This document shows, in pieces, positions 40,018 to 49,472 of a stretch of DNA of 64,000 nt (positions are counted from its first letter, which is position 1; each line of letters starts with the position of its first letter). The notes under the pieces were generated by a model that was given only the letters and a program-made list of their open reading frames with translations, did not search any database and had not been told where the DNA came from. Source of the stretch: an uncultured Clostridia bacterium (GTDB taxonomy: Bacteria > Bacillota > Clostridia > Christensenellales > UBA1242). Location of the stretch: contig CALVNT010000008.1 in assembly GCA_944349925.1 (NCBI GenBank), forward strand, positions 2,114 to 66,113, written 5' to 3'. A program made the position numbers and the translations under genes.

Positions 40018-42159
40018 TTATGAATTTATAATGCTCAAACCAGTGTAGAATTTATAGTTTGTAGATGTGTCTCCAACCTTTTTGATAACCCTATAAGTTA
40101 TCTCTAGATAGTCACAGCCATCACTTCCCATAAATTTGTTTGCATCAAGTTGACCTGAAAGATAAGTGTTGCCACTTGCAATTTGTTCTTCTGTTGGCTC
40201 TAAAATCTCATAATAATCTTTAACTGCTGTATTACCTTGAAATGTTATTGGTCTTTTGGAAACAAAAGGGTTTCCTCTATAGTTGTTCTCTCCTACATCA
40301 GTTTTCAATATTCCATTACCTATATCTACATTAAAAGGTCCAACAATCAAATCTTTTTTGCTATCTCCTAAAATTGGTTCGTCAAACCCAAACATCGCAC
40401 TTTGGCTAAATGAAATACCTGTATCTCTTGATAATTTATCTAAATCACTATCACCAAATGGATCAGTAAGTTTTCCGTCAGGCAAAATAACCTTTTTTGT
40501 ATCTACAACAGTTTTTTCTCCTGTTTCATGGTCAAAGAAATTTAACCCAACTTCAATTTCAAGATAACGACTTGCGTCAAAAGTATTACCCGTCGCGGTT
40601 TGATAACCGTCTAAATCAGCATCATATTGAAAAGCAATGACAAGCGCATCAATAGAAACTTCTTCTTTAAACATAAGCACTGCACTTTGATACTCAAGCG
40701 GTCTAATTGCTCTTGCACCAGCACCTGTAGTAAAGTCTTCGTAATAAGGAAAAGGTTCGTCGTCTAAGTTAAAACTGAAAGACTCACCATAATATTCCAT
40801 GATTTCTGATGCAAGATATCGTTCATCAACTTCAACACTTCCACCTTCGCCACTACCAATAGAAACCTGACTGCACACCTTGTCGACAATAACTTTAACT
40901 GTACTTGCATATGCTCTGCCAACATCTTTCTTAGTTTGACTTGCAGTTTTAATGTTGGTATTTAAAAACTGTTTATCATTGTCAGAAAGATTTACACCTG
41001 CTTTTGTTAATTGATTTATTGCATCGTCTGCACTTACAACTACATAAGTCTTGCCATTGTAAACAATTTCAGTTGCCCCGCTATATTCTACAACCTCGTC
41101 ATTTGACATCGCTTTTTGCCCAATAACATTGTCTAGTATCCATTGTGTAATTTTGTCCTTGTTTCTCTCTGCAATACCAACATAAGAGCCAATTTTATTA
41201 AAAACTTCTTTAATATCATCTAGTGCATCAGTTGGAGTTTTTGCAATTTGTTGACCATTGCTTGTTTCATATATCACAACTTGATAATATTTCCCGTCCG
41301 AATAATTTGGAGTTACAACCACCTGCCCCGGTGTCAAATCAAGACTGTAGCAATAAATAATATATTCAAGAGTTTTTACAAAATCAGAGTAAAAATCAGT
41401 TTGAGTCTCAAAAACATTATTAGTCCCTAAATAAACATCAAGATAATTGCTAGAAAGTCCTGAATAATACCTTTCAAAATCTGCAACTACATTATTATAA
41501 CTCCTTTTAAAAATAGCTTTAACATAATTATTTAAATTATTTTCGACAGATAGTCCATCTTCTGAATAGTACAAATATGCCAATAAATTGCTTTCATCTC
41601 TATCAAAACTCCAATTCCAAGCATTATCAAGATTTGCTGAAAGCATAGTATATTCGCTATTTATATCATTCGAGTTGTTTGTCCAAACGCCATCGTAAGA
41701 AAGAGAATTTGTAACTTGTGCGTACTCTTCAACTTGATATCTTATAGAATCATATAAATATGGCAAGGTAACATTGTTTAAATCGAAATATTTGTATATA
41801 ACATCGTTTTCTTGATACTCTAATTCTTTATTTGCGTCATTAGAAATTCCATATATTAAATTAAGTTTTCTTAATATATACCAGGCATATTGACCATAAT
41901 AATCGTTTTGTTGACTTTCTGTGCCACCAGAATTTCCACTAAAGTCGTAGTTGTCTGGTCTATAAAGCACTTTTGTTCCATAAAGTGGCACAACTTGCCC
42001 TTTGTCTAATTCTTCATAATATTCATCTTCTGAAATTTCGCCATTTTCAAACTTTTCCCATAAGTCATCAAAAAAGTTGAACTCAGTGCAACCAGTCCCT
42101 AAAAAACAAAAAGAAATCACCAGCAAAACACTAAAAATTTTTGCAAACAACTTTTTCAT
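40018..42159 (-). CDS. Hypothetical lipoprotein
   Basis: Signal peptide ending in lipobox FLGTG-C; 713 aa, acidic. Confidence 0.7.
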   Translation of the reverse strand: MKKLFAKIFSVLLVISFCFLGTGCTEFNFFDDLWEKFENGEISEDEYYEELDKGQVVPLYGTKVLYRPDNYDFSGNSGGTESQQNDYYGQYAWYILRKLNLIYGISNDANKELEYQENDVIYKYFDLNNVTLPYLYDSIRYQVEEYAQVTNSLSYDGVWTNNSNDINSEYTMLSANLDNAWNWSFDRDESNLLAYLYYSEDGLSVENNLNNYVKAIFKRSYNNVVADFERYYSGLSSNYLDVYLGTNNVFETQTDFYSDFVKTLEYIIYCYSLDLTPGQVVVTPNYSDGKYYQVVIYETSNGQQIAKTPTDALDDIKEVFNKIGSYVGIAERNKDKITQWILDNVIGQKAMSNDEVVEYSGATEIVYNGKTYVVVSADDAINQLTKAGVNLSDNDKQFLNTNIKTASQTKKDVGRAYASTVKVIVDKVCSQVSIGSGEGGSVEVDERYLASEIMEYYGESFSFNLDDEPFPYYEDFTTGAGARAIRPLEYQSAVLMFKEEVSIDALVIAFQYDADLDGYQTATGNTFDASRYLEIEVGLNFFDHETGEKTVVDTKKVILPDGKLTDPFGDSDLDKLSRDTGISFSQSAMFGFDEPILGDSKKDLIVGPFNVDIGNGILKTDVGENNYRGNPFVSKRPITFQGNTAVKDYYEILEPTEEQIASGNTYLSGQLDANKFMGSDGCDYLEITYRVIKKVGDTSTNYKFYTGLSIINS

Positions 42160-42205
42160 ACTTTTATTTTACCCTTTTTTTCAACAAAAATCAAGTTTAT
42201 ATAAC

Positions 42206-42230
42206 AAAAAATTGGCTTGCGCCAATTTTA
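42206..42230 (-). terminator. Intrinsic terminator
   Basis: AAAAATTGGC-TTGC-GCCAATTTTT. Confidence 0.6.
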
Positions 42231-42231
42231 T

Positions 42232-44118
42232 TTAAAATTTTTCAGTTTCATTCAATTTGACAGTATAAGTTTGTGTGGCATCAGTCGGCAAACTTATTTC
42301 AATGTCTTCATTTCTTTTTTCAATAAAAGAATATTCTTCTATTATTTCACACCTATAATTACCTGTTAGTTTTGCTTTTTCAATAATTGTATCTACATTG
42401 TTGTCATTATGTTCATTAACAAACCTAAAACTTAAATGCTTGTATGTATTATTTTTTATATTAACAAATTTGATTGCTATCGTTAAAATATTTTTATTAT
42501 TTTCCGAATCACCACCTTGTAATAACATTACAAAATTATAATCGCCTTCTTGTACTAGCCCTTGCTCAACTGCAAGTGGCATAACTTTATCAAAAATATT
42601 TACTTGCTCTTCTGTTAAACACTTCTGTGGTTCAAGACCTTTAATGTTTCTATTATACCCAGCATTTGCACTAAATTGAAAAAAAATTGTCAAATCTATA
42701 GAATAATTTGTTCCATCTTTTTCAAACTGCACAACATTTTCGTCAATTTCACCATTTGTTTTTGCTTGCATTTGAGAAATGTTTATCGGCTCACTAAAAG
42801 TAAAAGTTGCACCTTGTAACCGAACCTTGTTATCATCACCCAGCATGCCTTTTCTAACGCCTAAAATTTGCACGCCATTGATTTTGTCGCCTTCTACATC
42901 AAAAGCCCATTTGAAAATCTCAATCTTCTTTGAACTTGAAGTTAAATCTTCCTTAGACATACTATTTCCAAACATATCTTTTATTCGAGCATCAGTAAGC
43001 AAAGTATCCTGCAAAATTTCAATGATTTTTTCTTTAACGCCGTCAATTTCAAAAACTTCATTCCAGTTTTCAAAATTTATTGTTTTTTCGACTTCTTTTT
43101 CTATCACATTTACAACATATTCTTTTGTTTTTTCGCCCGAAACAAGAATATTGTATCCCTCATACTTTGAAAAATCATTTGTCGAACTAGAAAATTTTAC
43201 ACTTTCATTATTAAATTGATTTTGTGCTATTTCCTTGTCAAAAGTTCCATTTGCCATCAAATTTCCTTCAAAAACAAATTCGCAATTTTCAATTGTGTAG
43301 TTGTCTATAGCATAAGACAAGTTGACCTTTGTGCGGTCGTTTGCCTTGTCATAAGTTATGTCATTGACTGTTGGATAAAAAACTGTTTTATTGCTGTCAA
43401 TAATATTTCCAAGCAAAAGGTTAAAAATTTCAAGTTCACTTTCGCTTATAGAAGATTTTACTTGAAGTTCTTCCACACTTGTGTTTTCAAAAGCAGACAA
43501 TATTTTTTGGTCAACTTTGTTTGTATCAACAACATACAAATCGCCAAGCGCGTCAGTATAATAAAATTTTCCTTCCAAACTTACCGTTTGTTCTTCGCCG
43601 TCTTGATAAAAAGTCAAATTGTCATCATTTAATGCAAAAGTCCCGTTTTCATATTTTTTCGCATCAAAATCTTCTGCCGACAAAGAAATCTCAGTGCTTT
43701 CTATTTTAAGCCCGTTTTTATCAACAACGACTGCAATTTTTCCGCTTCCATCATTATTTTCACTGCTTATTGAAACTATGCTATCTTCTCCGTAAGTGGC
43801 CTTAACTGCATCTTCAATTTTTTCGCTCAAAACAAAGTTGGTTCCAAGCAAAGAATATATTTCTGAAAGAGAAGTCACATCATTTACATCAACTTCTACA
43901 TGTTCAACAATAGGAGGTTTTTCATTTACGACGCACCCCATAGCAGTCACTGCAACACCAGCAGAAGCAATTCCAATTCCTGCAACTTTCCAACCTTTAG
44001 ATTTAAATTTATCTTTAAATTCTTTCAAATTTATACATAAAAATGCTTTAAACTCTTCCCACTTTGAAGGCCTGATAACTTCTCCGTTTTTAATATTACT
44101 CTTTTGTCTTTTCGCCAT
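42232..44118 (-). CDS. Hypothetical membrane-anchored protein/lipoprotein
   Basis: Basic N-terminus, hydrophobic stretch ending VTAMG-C; 628 aa. Confidence 0.65.
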   Translation of the reverse strand: MAKRQKSNIKNGEVIRPSKWEEFKAFLCINLKEFKDKFKSKGWKVAGIGIASAGVAVTAMGCVVNEKPPIVEHVEVDVNDVTSLSEIYSLLGTNFVLSEKIEDAVKATYGEDSIVSISSENNDGSGKIAVVVDKNGLKIESTEISLSAEDFDAKKYENGTFALNDDNLTFYQDGEEQTVSLEGKFYYTDALGDLYVVDTNKVDQKILSAFENTSVEELQVKSSISESELEIFNLLLGNIIDSNKTVFYPTVNDITYDKANDRTKVNLSYAIDNYTIENCEFVFEGNLMANGTFDKEIAQNQFNNESVKFSSSTNDFSKYEGYNILVSGEKTKEYVVNVIEKEVEKTINFENWNEVFEIDGVKEKIIEILQDTLLTDARIKDMFGNSMSKEDLTSSSKKIEIFKWAFDVEGDKINGVQILGVRKGMLGDDNKVRLQGATFTFSEPINISQMQAKTNGEIDENVVQFEKDGTNYSIDLTIFFQFSANAGYNRNIKGLEPQKCLTEEQVNIFDKVMPLAVEQGLVQEGDYNFVMLLQGGDSENNKNILTIAIKFVNIKNNTYKHLSFRFVNEHNDNNVDTIIEKAKLTGNYRCEIIEEYSFIEKRNEDIEISLPTDATQTYTVKLNETEKF

Positions 44119-44305
44119 ACTCTTCTTCCTCTATAAAATTTTCTATTTATATTTTATCACAAACGATTTCAAATTTCAATACTTTTTTTCAAAAACGGCA
44201 AAACTTTAAAAGCTCTAAAAATTTTTTACTTTCAATTACAAAAAATGTCGAATTTTAATAATTTTAAAGTTATGGCTTTTAAAAAAGAGATACAATTATC
44301 TCTCG

Positions 44306-44599
44306 TTAAATTAAAAAAGGATCTTTCTTTAAGGCCTCTTCAACATCTCCATATTTTTTCGTTATATTCTCAAGTTCTTTTGTCAAACTTTCTACAGGCA
44401 AAACAAATATATTTGGATTAACTAAAAGTAAAGATGATATATCTTCTTGTGGATAACCATAATGAATTAAAGCGATCATATCTTCAGTAAACTCTTCTAA
44501 TGTAATGTTTTCAAACATAGGTGCCATCATTTCTATGCTTTTGATTTCATCATCAGTTAAATCTAATTTTAAAAGAAAATGTTTTAACTCTTTTTGCAT
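44306..44599 (-). CDS. Small protein with degenerate mTERF-like helical repeats
   Basis: FLLKLDLTDDEIKSIEMMAP and LIHYGYPQEDISSLLLVNPNIF; ATG at 44599, 10 nt after the upstream stop. Confidence 0.55.
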   Translation of the reverse strand: MQKELKHFLLKLDLTDDEIKSIEMMAPMFENITLEEFTEDMIALIHYGYPQEDISSLLLVNPNIFVLPVESLTKELENITKKYGDVEEALKKDPFLI

Positions 44600-44609
44600 A
44601 CCTTTCCCC

Positions 44610-46229
44610 TTATTTATCCAAACCAAGTTCTTCTTCGGATAATTTTAAATCTAAGCCATCAATTTTTTCTGCCACCTTTTTATATTCCGCATTTATTTGT
44701 TTTACAGCTTCTTTTGTAAATGGATATCTTTCCATTAAAGTTTTACTATCAATATTATATTTTTGAAAAAAGTTTTTTTCGCTGATAAGTAGATCCATTG
44801 CCGTAATTTTTAATTTCCCTATTTCTCTTATTCCACATAGTCTAGCCCAAGTTTTTTTATGGCTTGTCATTTGCCAACAAGGTCTATCTAAAAAAGAATC
44901 GGAACCATATGCAATATACAAAATCATATATCTTACTTTAAGGCTCTTCTCTGGTGCTGTTAATATATCTGGATGCTCAACTACAACACTATTATCAATT
45001 TTCAATTTTTTGATTGATTTATGTTTATTGATTATACTATCTTTATCCAATCCTAACAATGTTGGCATTTTGATAAGCATCTTACAGAATTCTTTCTTTG
45101 TTAATTTAAATTCTTCCATGTAAAATGTTTTTTTCGCTTGAACGCTATCTTTATCCAGTCCTATCAATGTTGGCATTTTAATAAACATCTTACAAAATTC
45201 TTCATTTGTTAAGTCAAATTCTTCCATGTAAAATGTTTTTTTTGCTTGAACGCTTTCTTTATCCAATCCCAACAATGCTGGCATTTTAATGAAAATCTTA
45301 CAAAATTCTTCCTTTGTTAATTTAAATTCTTTCATATAAAATGATTTTTTCGCTTGTATGTTATCTTCACTATAACATAATAATGCTGGCAAGACCTTAA
45401 CTATCTTATCAAATTCTTCCTTTGTTAATTTAAATTCTTGGATATAAAACGATTTTTTATCTTTGACACTTTCTTTACTTAAACTTAACAATGCTGGCAA
45501 TTTTATAACCATCTTGCTAAATTCTTCCTTTGTTAATTTAAACTCTTGGATATAAAATGATTTTTTCGCTTGTATTTTATCTTCACTATAACATAATAAT
45601 GCTGGCAAGACCTTAACTATCTTATCAAATTCTTGCTTTGTTAATTTAAACTCTTGGATATAAAATGATTTTTTATCTTGAACACTTTCTTTACTTAAAC
45701 TTAACAATGCTGGCATTTTGATAAGCATCTTCCCAAATTCTTCCTTTGTTAAGCCAAATTCTTCCATGCAAAATGCTTCTTTCGCTTGTATATTATCTTC
45801 ACTATAACATAATAATGCTGGCAAGACCTTAACCATCTTATCAAATTCTTCCTTTGTTAAGCCAAATTCTTCCATGTAAAATGCTTCTTTCGCTTGAACG
45901 CTATCTTTATCAAATCCTAACAATGATGGCAAAATTTTAACCATCTTGCAAAATTCTGCTTTTGTTAAATTAAATTCTTCCATATAAAATGATATTTTTG
46001 CTCGAACACCATCTTCATTGTAACCCAACAATGCTGGGAAATTTACGATCATCTTCCCAAATTCTTCCTTTGTTAAATTAAATTCTTCCATATAAAATTT
46101 AATTTTTTCTTCAACTTTATTTTGATCTAAATATGAAATTCGTGAAAAGGTATCTTCTTTGCCTTCTAAATCTTTATCAATAAAACCAAATTTTTCTTTT
46201 AATATTTCTTTTATATCTTGTTTTGCCAT
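44610..46229 (-). CDS. Tandem 36-aa repeat protein, mTERF-like alpha-solenoid
   Basis: Ten repeats of F(Y)xxEFxLTKEEFxK(M/I)xxx(L/M)PALLxxxx(D/E)xxxxKxx; AGGAG RBS; own promoter. Confidence 0.75.
   Translation of the reverse strand: MAKQDIKEILKEKFGFIDKDLEGKEDTFSRISYLDQNKVEEKIKFYMEEFNLTKEEFGKMIVNFPALLGYNEDGVRAKISFYMEEFNLTKAEFCKMVKILPSLLGFDKDSVQAKEAFYMEEFGLTKEEFDKMVKVLPALLCYSEDNIQAKEAFCMEEFGLTKEEFGKMLIKMPALLSLSKESVQDKKSFYIQEFKLTKQEFDKIVKVLPALLCYSEDKIQAKKSFYIQEFKLTKEEFSKMVIKLPALLSLSKESVKDKKSFYIQEFKLTKEEFDKIVKVLPALLCYSEDNIQAKKSFYMKEFKLTKEEFCKIFIKMPALLGLDKESVQAKKTFYMEEFDLTNEEFCKMFIKMPTLIGLDKDSVQAKKTFYMEEFKLTKKEFCKMLIKMPTLLGLDKDSIINKHKSIKKLKIDNSVVVEHPDILTAPEKSLKVRYMILYIAYGSDSFLDRPCWQMTSHKKTWARLCGIREIGKLKITAMDLLISEKNFFQKYNIDSKTLMERYPFTKEAVKQINAEYKKVAEKIDGLDLKLSEEELGLDK
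45018..46097 (-). repeat. Ten tandem 108-bp coding repeats
   Basis: Recurring AAATTCTTCCTTTGTTAA...AATGCTGGCA units at a 108-bp period. Confidence 0.92.
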
Positions 46230-46247
46230 GATTTCTCCTATAAAAAT

Positions 46248-46276
46248 AGGATAACATATAATTTAATATAAGTCAA
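46248..46276 (-). promoter_or_regulatory. SigA-type promoter of the repeat-protein operon
   Basis: TTGACT-17bp-TATCCT with extended -10 TG. Confidence 0.55.
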
Positions 46277-46306
46277 TATACATCAATATTTGAATTGAAT
46301 AGAAAA

Positions 46307-46431
46307 TTATCTATTTTTACTTTGTCTTAGCACATTTAGGCAAATTCCAACTCCTGCCATAAACACAGTTACCGAAGTTCCTCCGCTTGAAATAAATGGA
46401 AGAGGCAAACCTGTTGGAGGAATTGAACATG
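46307..46431 (-). repeat. Displaced copy of the ftsW 3' end (att-like), encodes ...SIPPTGLPLPFISSGGTSVTVFMAGVGICLNVLRQSKNR*
   Basis: 46344-46417 is identical over 74 bp to 48397-48470; flanking differences are synonymous up to RQS. Confidence 0.92.
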
Positions 46432-46761
46432 TTAAAATAAGTTCGTGCACTAGTAATAAAATCTAACGGATTATAAGTTTTTATCTAAAATTCATAAACT
46501 ACTTTGTTACATAATTTTAATCATAAGAATTTGCATTTAGTCTTTTATTCAAAAATTCTATAAAAGATTTATTTTTGTTATCGTTGGGTTGTAAATTTCA
46601 AACAAATAAAATTTTGTTTTCAAAACTATTTCTCGTATTACTATGTATGAAAATTTATCGTTTGCCAACAAAAAGCCTTTATTTACTAACAAGTGTACAT
46701 TTATTCAAATATAAAGTAAAAACTGTATTATTAATTTATTCTTACAAGTGAGTTAAAATTG

Positions 46762-47382
46762 TTATATGGTTAACCCTTTTGAAATTTCTATCATTTCATT
46801 ATTGTGTTCTTTCATTGTTTGTTTTTTCCCTAAATCTAACCCTCTATAATATGATATGTAGTCGTTGCTTCCACCAACTTGATAATTTAGGTGGATATAA
46901 TTACAATCATAATTATTTTCTATTTTTTTAAAAGTTGGGTCAACTAAAATCCATTTTCCATTAAAATAGCACTCACAAAAAGAATGCCCCTTGCAAACAG
47001 TTATATCTTTATTATTTTTAACATCTTCAACAAATGATTTTTCAGCTGTATGCAAAAGTGTTGCAGGTATGCCAAGTTGTCTAGCAAAAGTAACAAACAA
47101 TGTCGCCCAATCTGTACACCCCGTAGCCACGCCACTCTTCCAAATTTCTTTTGCAGTTCTTTGAAATTTATTTTTTATAGAAAATTCTTCACTATTTGAA
47201 CTTGTTACATGTGCATGTACCCATCTCATTAAACTTTCAATGTCATTCGCGTGAGAATGCGTATTTTTGTCATACAATATTTTATTTTTTACTATTTCAC
47301 CACTCAAAAATGGTTCGGTTAAAACTCCTGCTTGTAGATAAGTTTGAATATCATTTATATTTAGTTTATTTAATTCCTTCAT
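46762..47382 (-). CDS. Transglutaminase-like (Cys-His-Asp) domain protein
   Basis: TGCTDWA..F...ARQLGIP, GHSFCECY..GKWILVDPT. Confidence 0.85.
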   Translation of the reverse strand: MKELNKLNINDIQTYLQAGVLTEPFLSGEIVKNKILYDKNTHSHANDIESLMRWVHAHVTSSNSEEFSIKNKFQRTAKEIWKSGVATGCTDWATLFVTFARQLGIPATLLHTAEKSFVEDVKNNKDITVCKGHSFCECYFNGKWILVDPTFKKIENNYDCNYIHLNYQVGGSNDYISYYRGLDLGKKQTMKEHNNEMIEISKGLTI

Positions 47383-47399
47383 ATTTATTTAATTTCTCC

Positions 47400-47560
47400 A
47401 TATATGACAATTTTACCATATTTCCAACATTTCCGCAATTGTTTTTACTTTGTTTTGCAACATACAAACAAATACCAAGCCAAGCCATAAAAACAGTAAC
47501 TGAAGTCCCACCACTTGAAATGACAGGAAGAGAACGTAATTTTGGTAATATTGAACCTAT
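47400..47560 (-). repeat. Second, diverged copy of the ftsW 3' end
   Basis: Translates as GSILPKLRSLPVISSGGTSVTVFMAWLGICLYVAKQSK..., collinear with FtsW GSIPPTGLPLPFISSGGTSVTVFMAGVGICLNVLRQS. Confidence 0.85.
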
Positions 47561-47683
47561 TTAAATCAATTACTTCGCTTACAAAAAATAGTTAAAATTA
47601 TATTTCTTACCATTTTATAATTAAAATTTAATTTTATTTTACTTTCGAATTAATTTTTTTTACAAATAATTGATTATTTATTT

Positions 47684-48229
47684 CTATACTTTGTTCCATT
47701 CTTCTTTTAAAAGTCCGTAACAATACAAATCTACAAATTTATTGTTTTTAATTCTTGCCTTTCTTTCAATGCCTTCTTGAACAAATCCAAGTTTGCTTGC
47801 CAACTTTTTACTTGCATCATTTTTATTCCAAATAACAACTTTTATTCTATTCATTTTAACAATATTAAAAATGTAATTTATTAAACACTTCACTGCTTCA
47901 TAGGCAAACCCTTGATTTTGGAATTTAGGGCTTAATCCCCAACCAATTTCACACCATTTATGTTTAATATTCCAATCTTCTATCGACACACTTCCTATAA
48001 GTTTATTGTTATAAAAAATTCCCCATAACAAATTAGGTTCATCTTTATTGTCATAATTCTTAATAATTGAATTTAATGATATTTCATATTCTTGTTTTGT
48101 TTTAACATCGGTTGGTAAAAATTTATGATATTCTCTGTTGCTTTTCCATTCTACATAATCATTTAAATTCTTTTTTGTTATTTTTTTTAAAACCAATCTT
48201 TCAGTTTTTAGAGTTTTCACTTGTATCAT
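47684..48229 (-). CDS. GNAT (RimJ/RimL-type) acetyltransferase
   Basis: LKTERLVLK, EIGWGL...FQNQGFA.EA, N.AS.KLA.KLGF..EG..R. Confidence 0.9.
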   Translation of the reverse strand: MIQVKTLKTERLVLKKITKKNLNDYVEWKSNREYHKFLPTDVKTKQEYEISLNSIIKNYDNKDEPNLLWGIFYNNKLIGSVSIEDWNIKHKWCEIGWGLSPKFQNQGFAYEAVKCLINYIFNIVKMNRIKVVIWNKNDASKKLASKLGFVQEGIERKARIKNNKFVDLYCYGLLKEEWNKV

Positions 48230-48311
48230 ATATAAACCATTTACAATATTGTAACAAAAAATATAAAAATTGTAAACAAGAAATTTGCCTTTTAAGACTT
48301 TTTGTCTTAAT

Positions 48312-49472
48312 TTATATTTTTTGTTTTATTTTCTTATTGACTATTTTTACTTTTTTGTAATCTTGTCCTTGACTTTGTCTTAAAACATTTAAACATATTC
48401 CAACTCCTGCCATAAACACAGTTACCGAAGTTCCTCCGCTTGAAATAAATGGAAGAGGCAAACCTGTTGGCGGAATTGAACCTGTAACAACTGCTATATT
48501 TAATAATGTTTGAACGCCTATGATAAACGCCACACCACTTACTAGCATGGCACCAAAGCGGTCTTTTGCATTTAATGCTATTTTTATAAGATTGTAAATA
48601 AGTGCCACAAAAACAAACATGAGCATACATAAACCAAAGAAACCTATTTCTTCTCCAATTATAGATAAAATAAAATCAGATTCTGCAAATGGCAAAAAAA
48701 GATATTTTTGTCTTGAATTAAAGAGTCCAACACCGAATAGTCCACCACTTCCTAGCCCATAAAGAGATTGTATAAGTTGAAAACCTTCCCCTTGTGGTGA
48801 CGCCCAAGGATCAATAAATGCCATAAGTCTTTTTAGTCTATAAGGCTCAAGGACTACAAGCAAAGGGACAACTGCTCCCGCTGGGATTGAAAACATAAGA
48901 GTGTGCTTTTTGCTCATACCACCAATTATCAACATGAAAAGTGTAACAAAAGCAATGCACATAGTTACGCTCATGCTTGGCTCTAACATTGTTAAAACGC
49001 AAATACTACCCCCTGCAATTAAGACTGGCAAAAGACCTTTAAATGTTTTTACTTTGTCATGGTTATCCGACATATAGCCAGCAATAAAAATGATGAGAGC
49101 AAACTTCGCAATTTCAGAAGGTTGAATAGAAATTCCTAAAATCGAAATCCATCGTTTCGCGCCATAACTTTCCATGCCAAGACCGGGCACAAAAACCAAA
49201 ACAAGCAAAACGATAGCAATTATCAATATCCATAGCTTGTATTTTTTTAGTATATGATAATCAACAAAACTAAAAAAAATCATAGCAACTATGCCAAGCA
49301 CAACTCCGAAAATTTGTTTAAAAAGAAAAAAGTATTGGTTGCCATAATGATACTGCGCGCTATAAAAACTAGCGCTGTAAACCATGATGCAACCAAAAAT
49401 TGTCAGTGCAAGCACAAGAAATATAATTTTAAAAATGTCTCTATTGCATTTCGATTTTATCGTAAACACCAA
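48312..49472 (-). CDS. ftsW: SEDS protein FtsW/SpoVE
   Basis: GCIMVYSAS, GAKRWI, QPSEIAK, DFILSIIGEEIG, P.TG.PLPFIS.GG; follows murD. Confidence 0.93.
   Translation of the reverse strand: MVFTIKSKCNRDIFKIIFLVLALTIFGCIMVYSASFYSAQYHYGNQYFFLFKQIFGVVLGIVAMIFFSFVDYHILKKYKLWILIIAIVLLVLVFVPGLGMESYGAKRWISILGISIQPSEIAKFALIIFIAGYMSDNHDKVKTFKGLLPVLIAGGSICVLTMLEPSMSVTMCIAFVTLFMLIIGGMSKKHTLMFSIPAGAVVPLLVVLEPYRLKRLMAFIDPWASPQGEGFQLIQSLYGLGSGGLFGVGLFNSRQKYLFLPFAESDFILSIIGEEIGFFGLCMLMFVFVALIYNLIKIALNAKDRFGAMLVSGVAFIIGVQTLLNIAVVTGSIPPTGLPLPFISSGGTSVTVFMAGVGICLNVLRQSQGQDYKKVKIVNKKIKQKI

Noticed and set aside
45018-46097. CRISPR array or non-coding satellite
   Set aside because: The period is 108 bp, fully in frame, with no unique spacers and no cas genes
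46411-46445. dif/Xer site at the ftsW-copy junction (CATGTTAAAA resembles a XerD arm)
   Set aside because: No XerC-like arm at the 6-bp spacing, and the motif is not kept in the other copies
46440-46760. Possible recombinase pseudogene within the cassette spacer
   Set aside because: No open frame or recognisable recombinase motif could be read
47196-47564. 122-aa + strand ORF
   Set aside because: Antisense shadow of the ftsW-tail copy and the transglutaminase-like gene
46307-48490. ftsW-tail repeats as a DGR template/variable repeat pair
   Set aside because: Differences are synonymous and not adenine-specific, and there is no reverse transcriptase in the window
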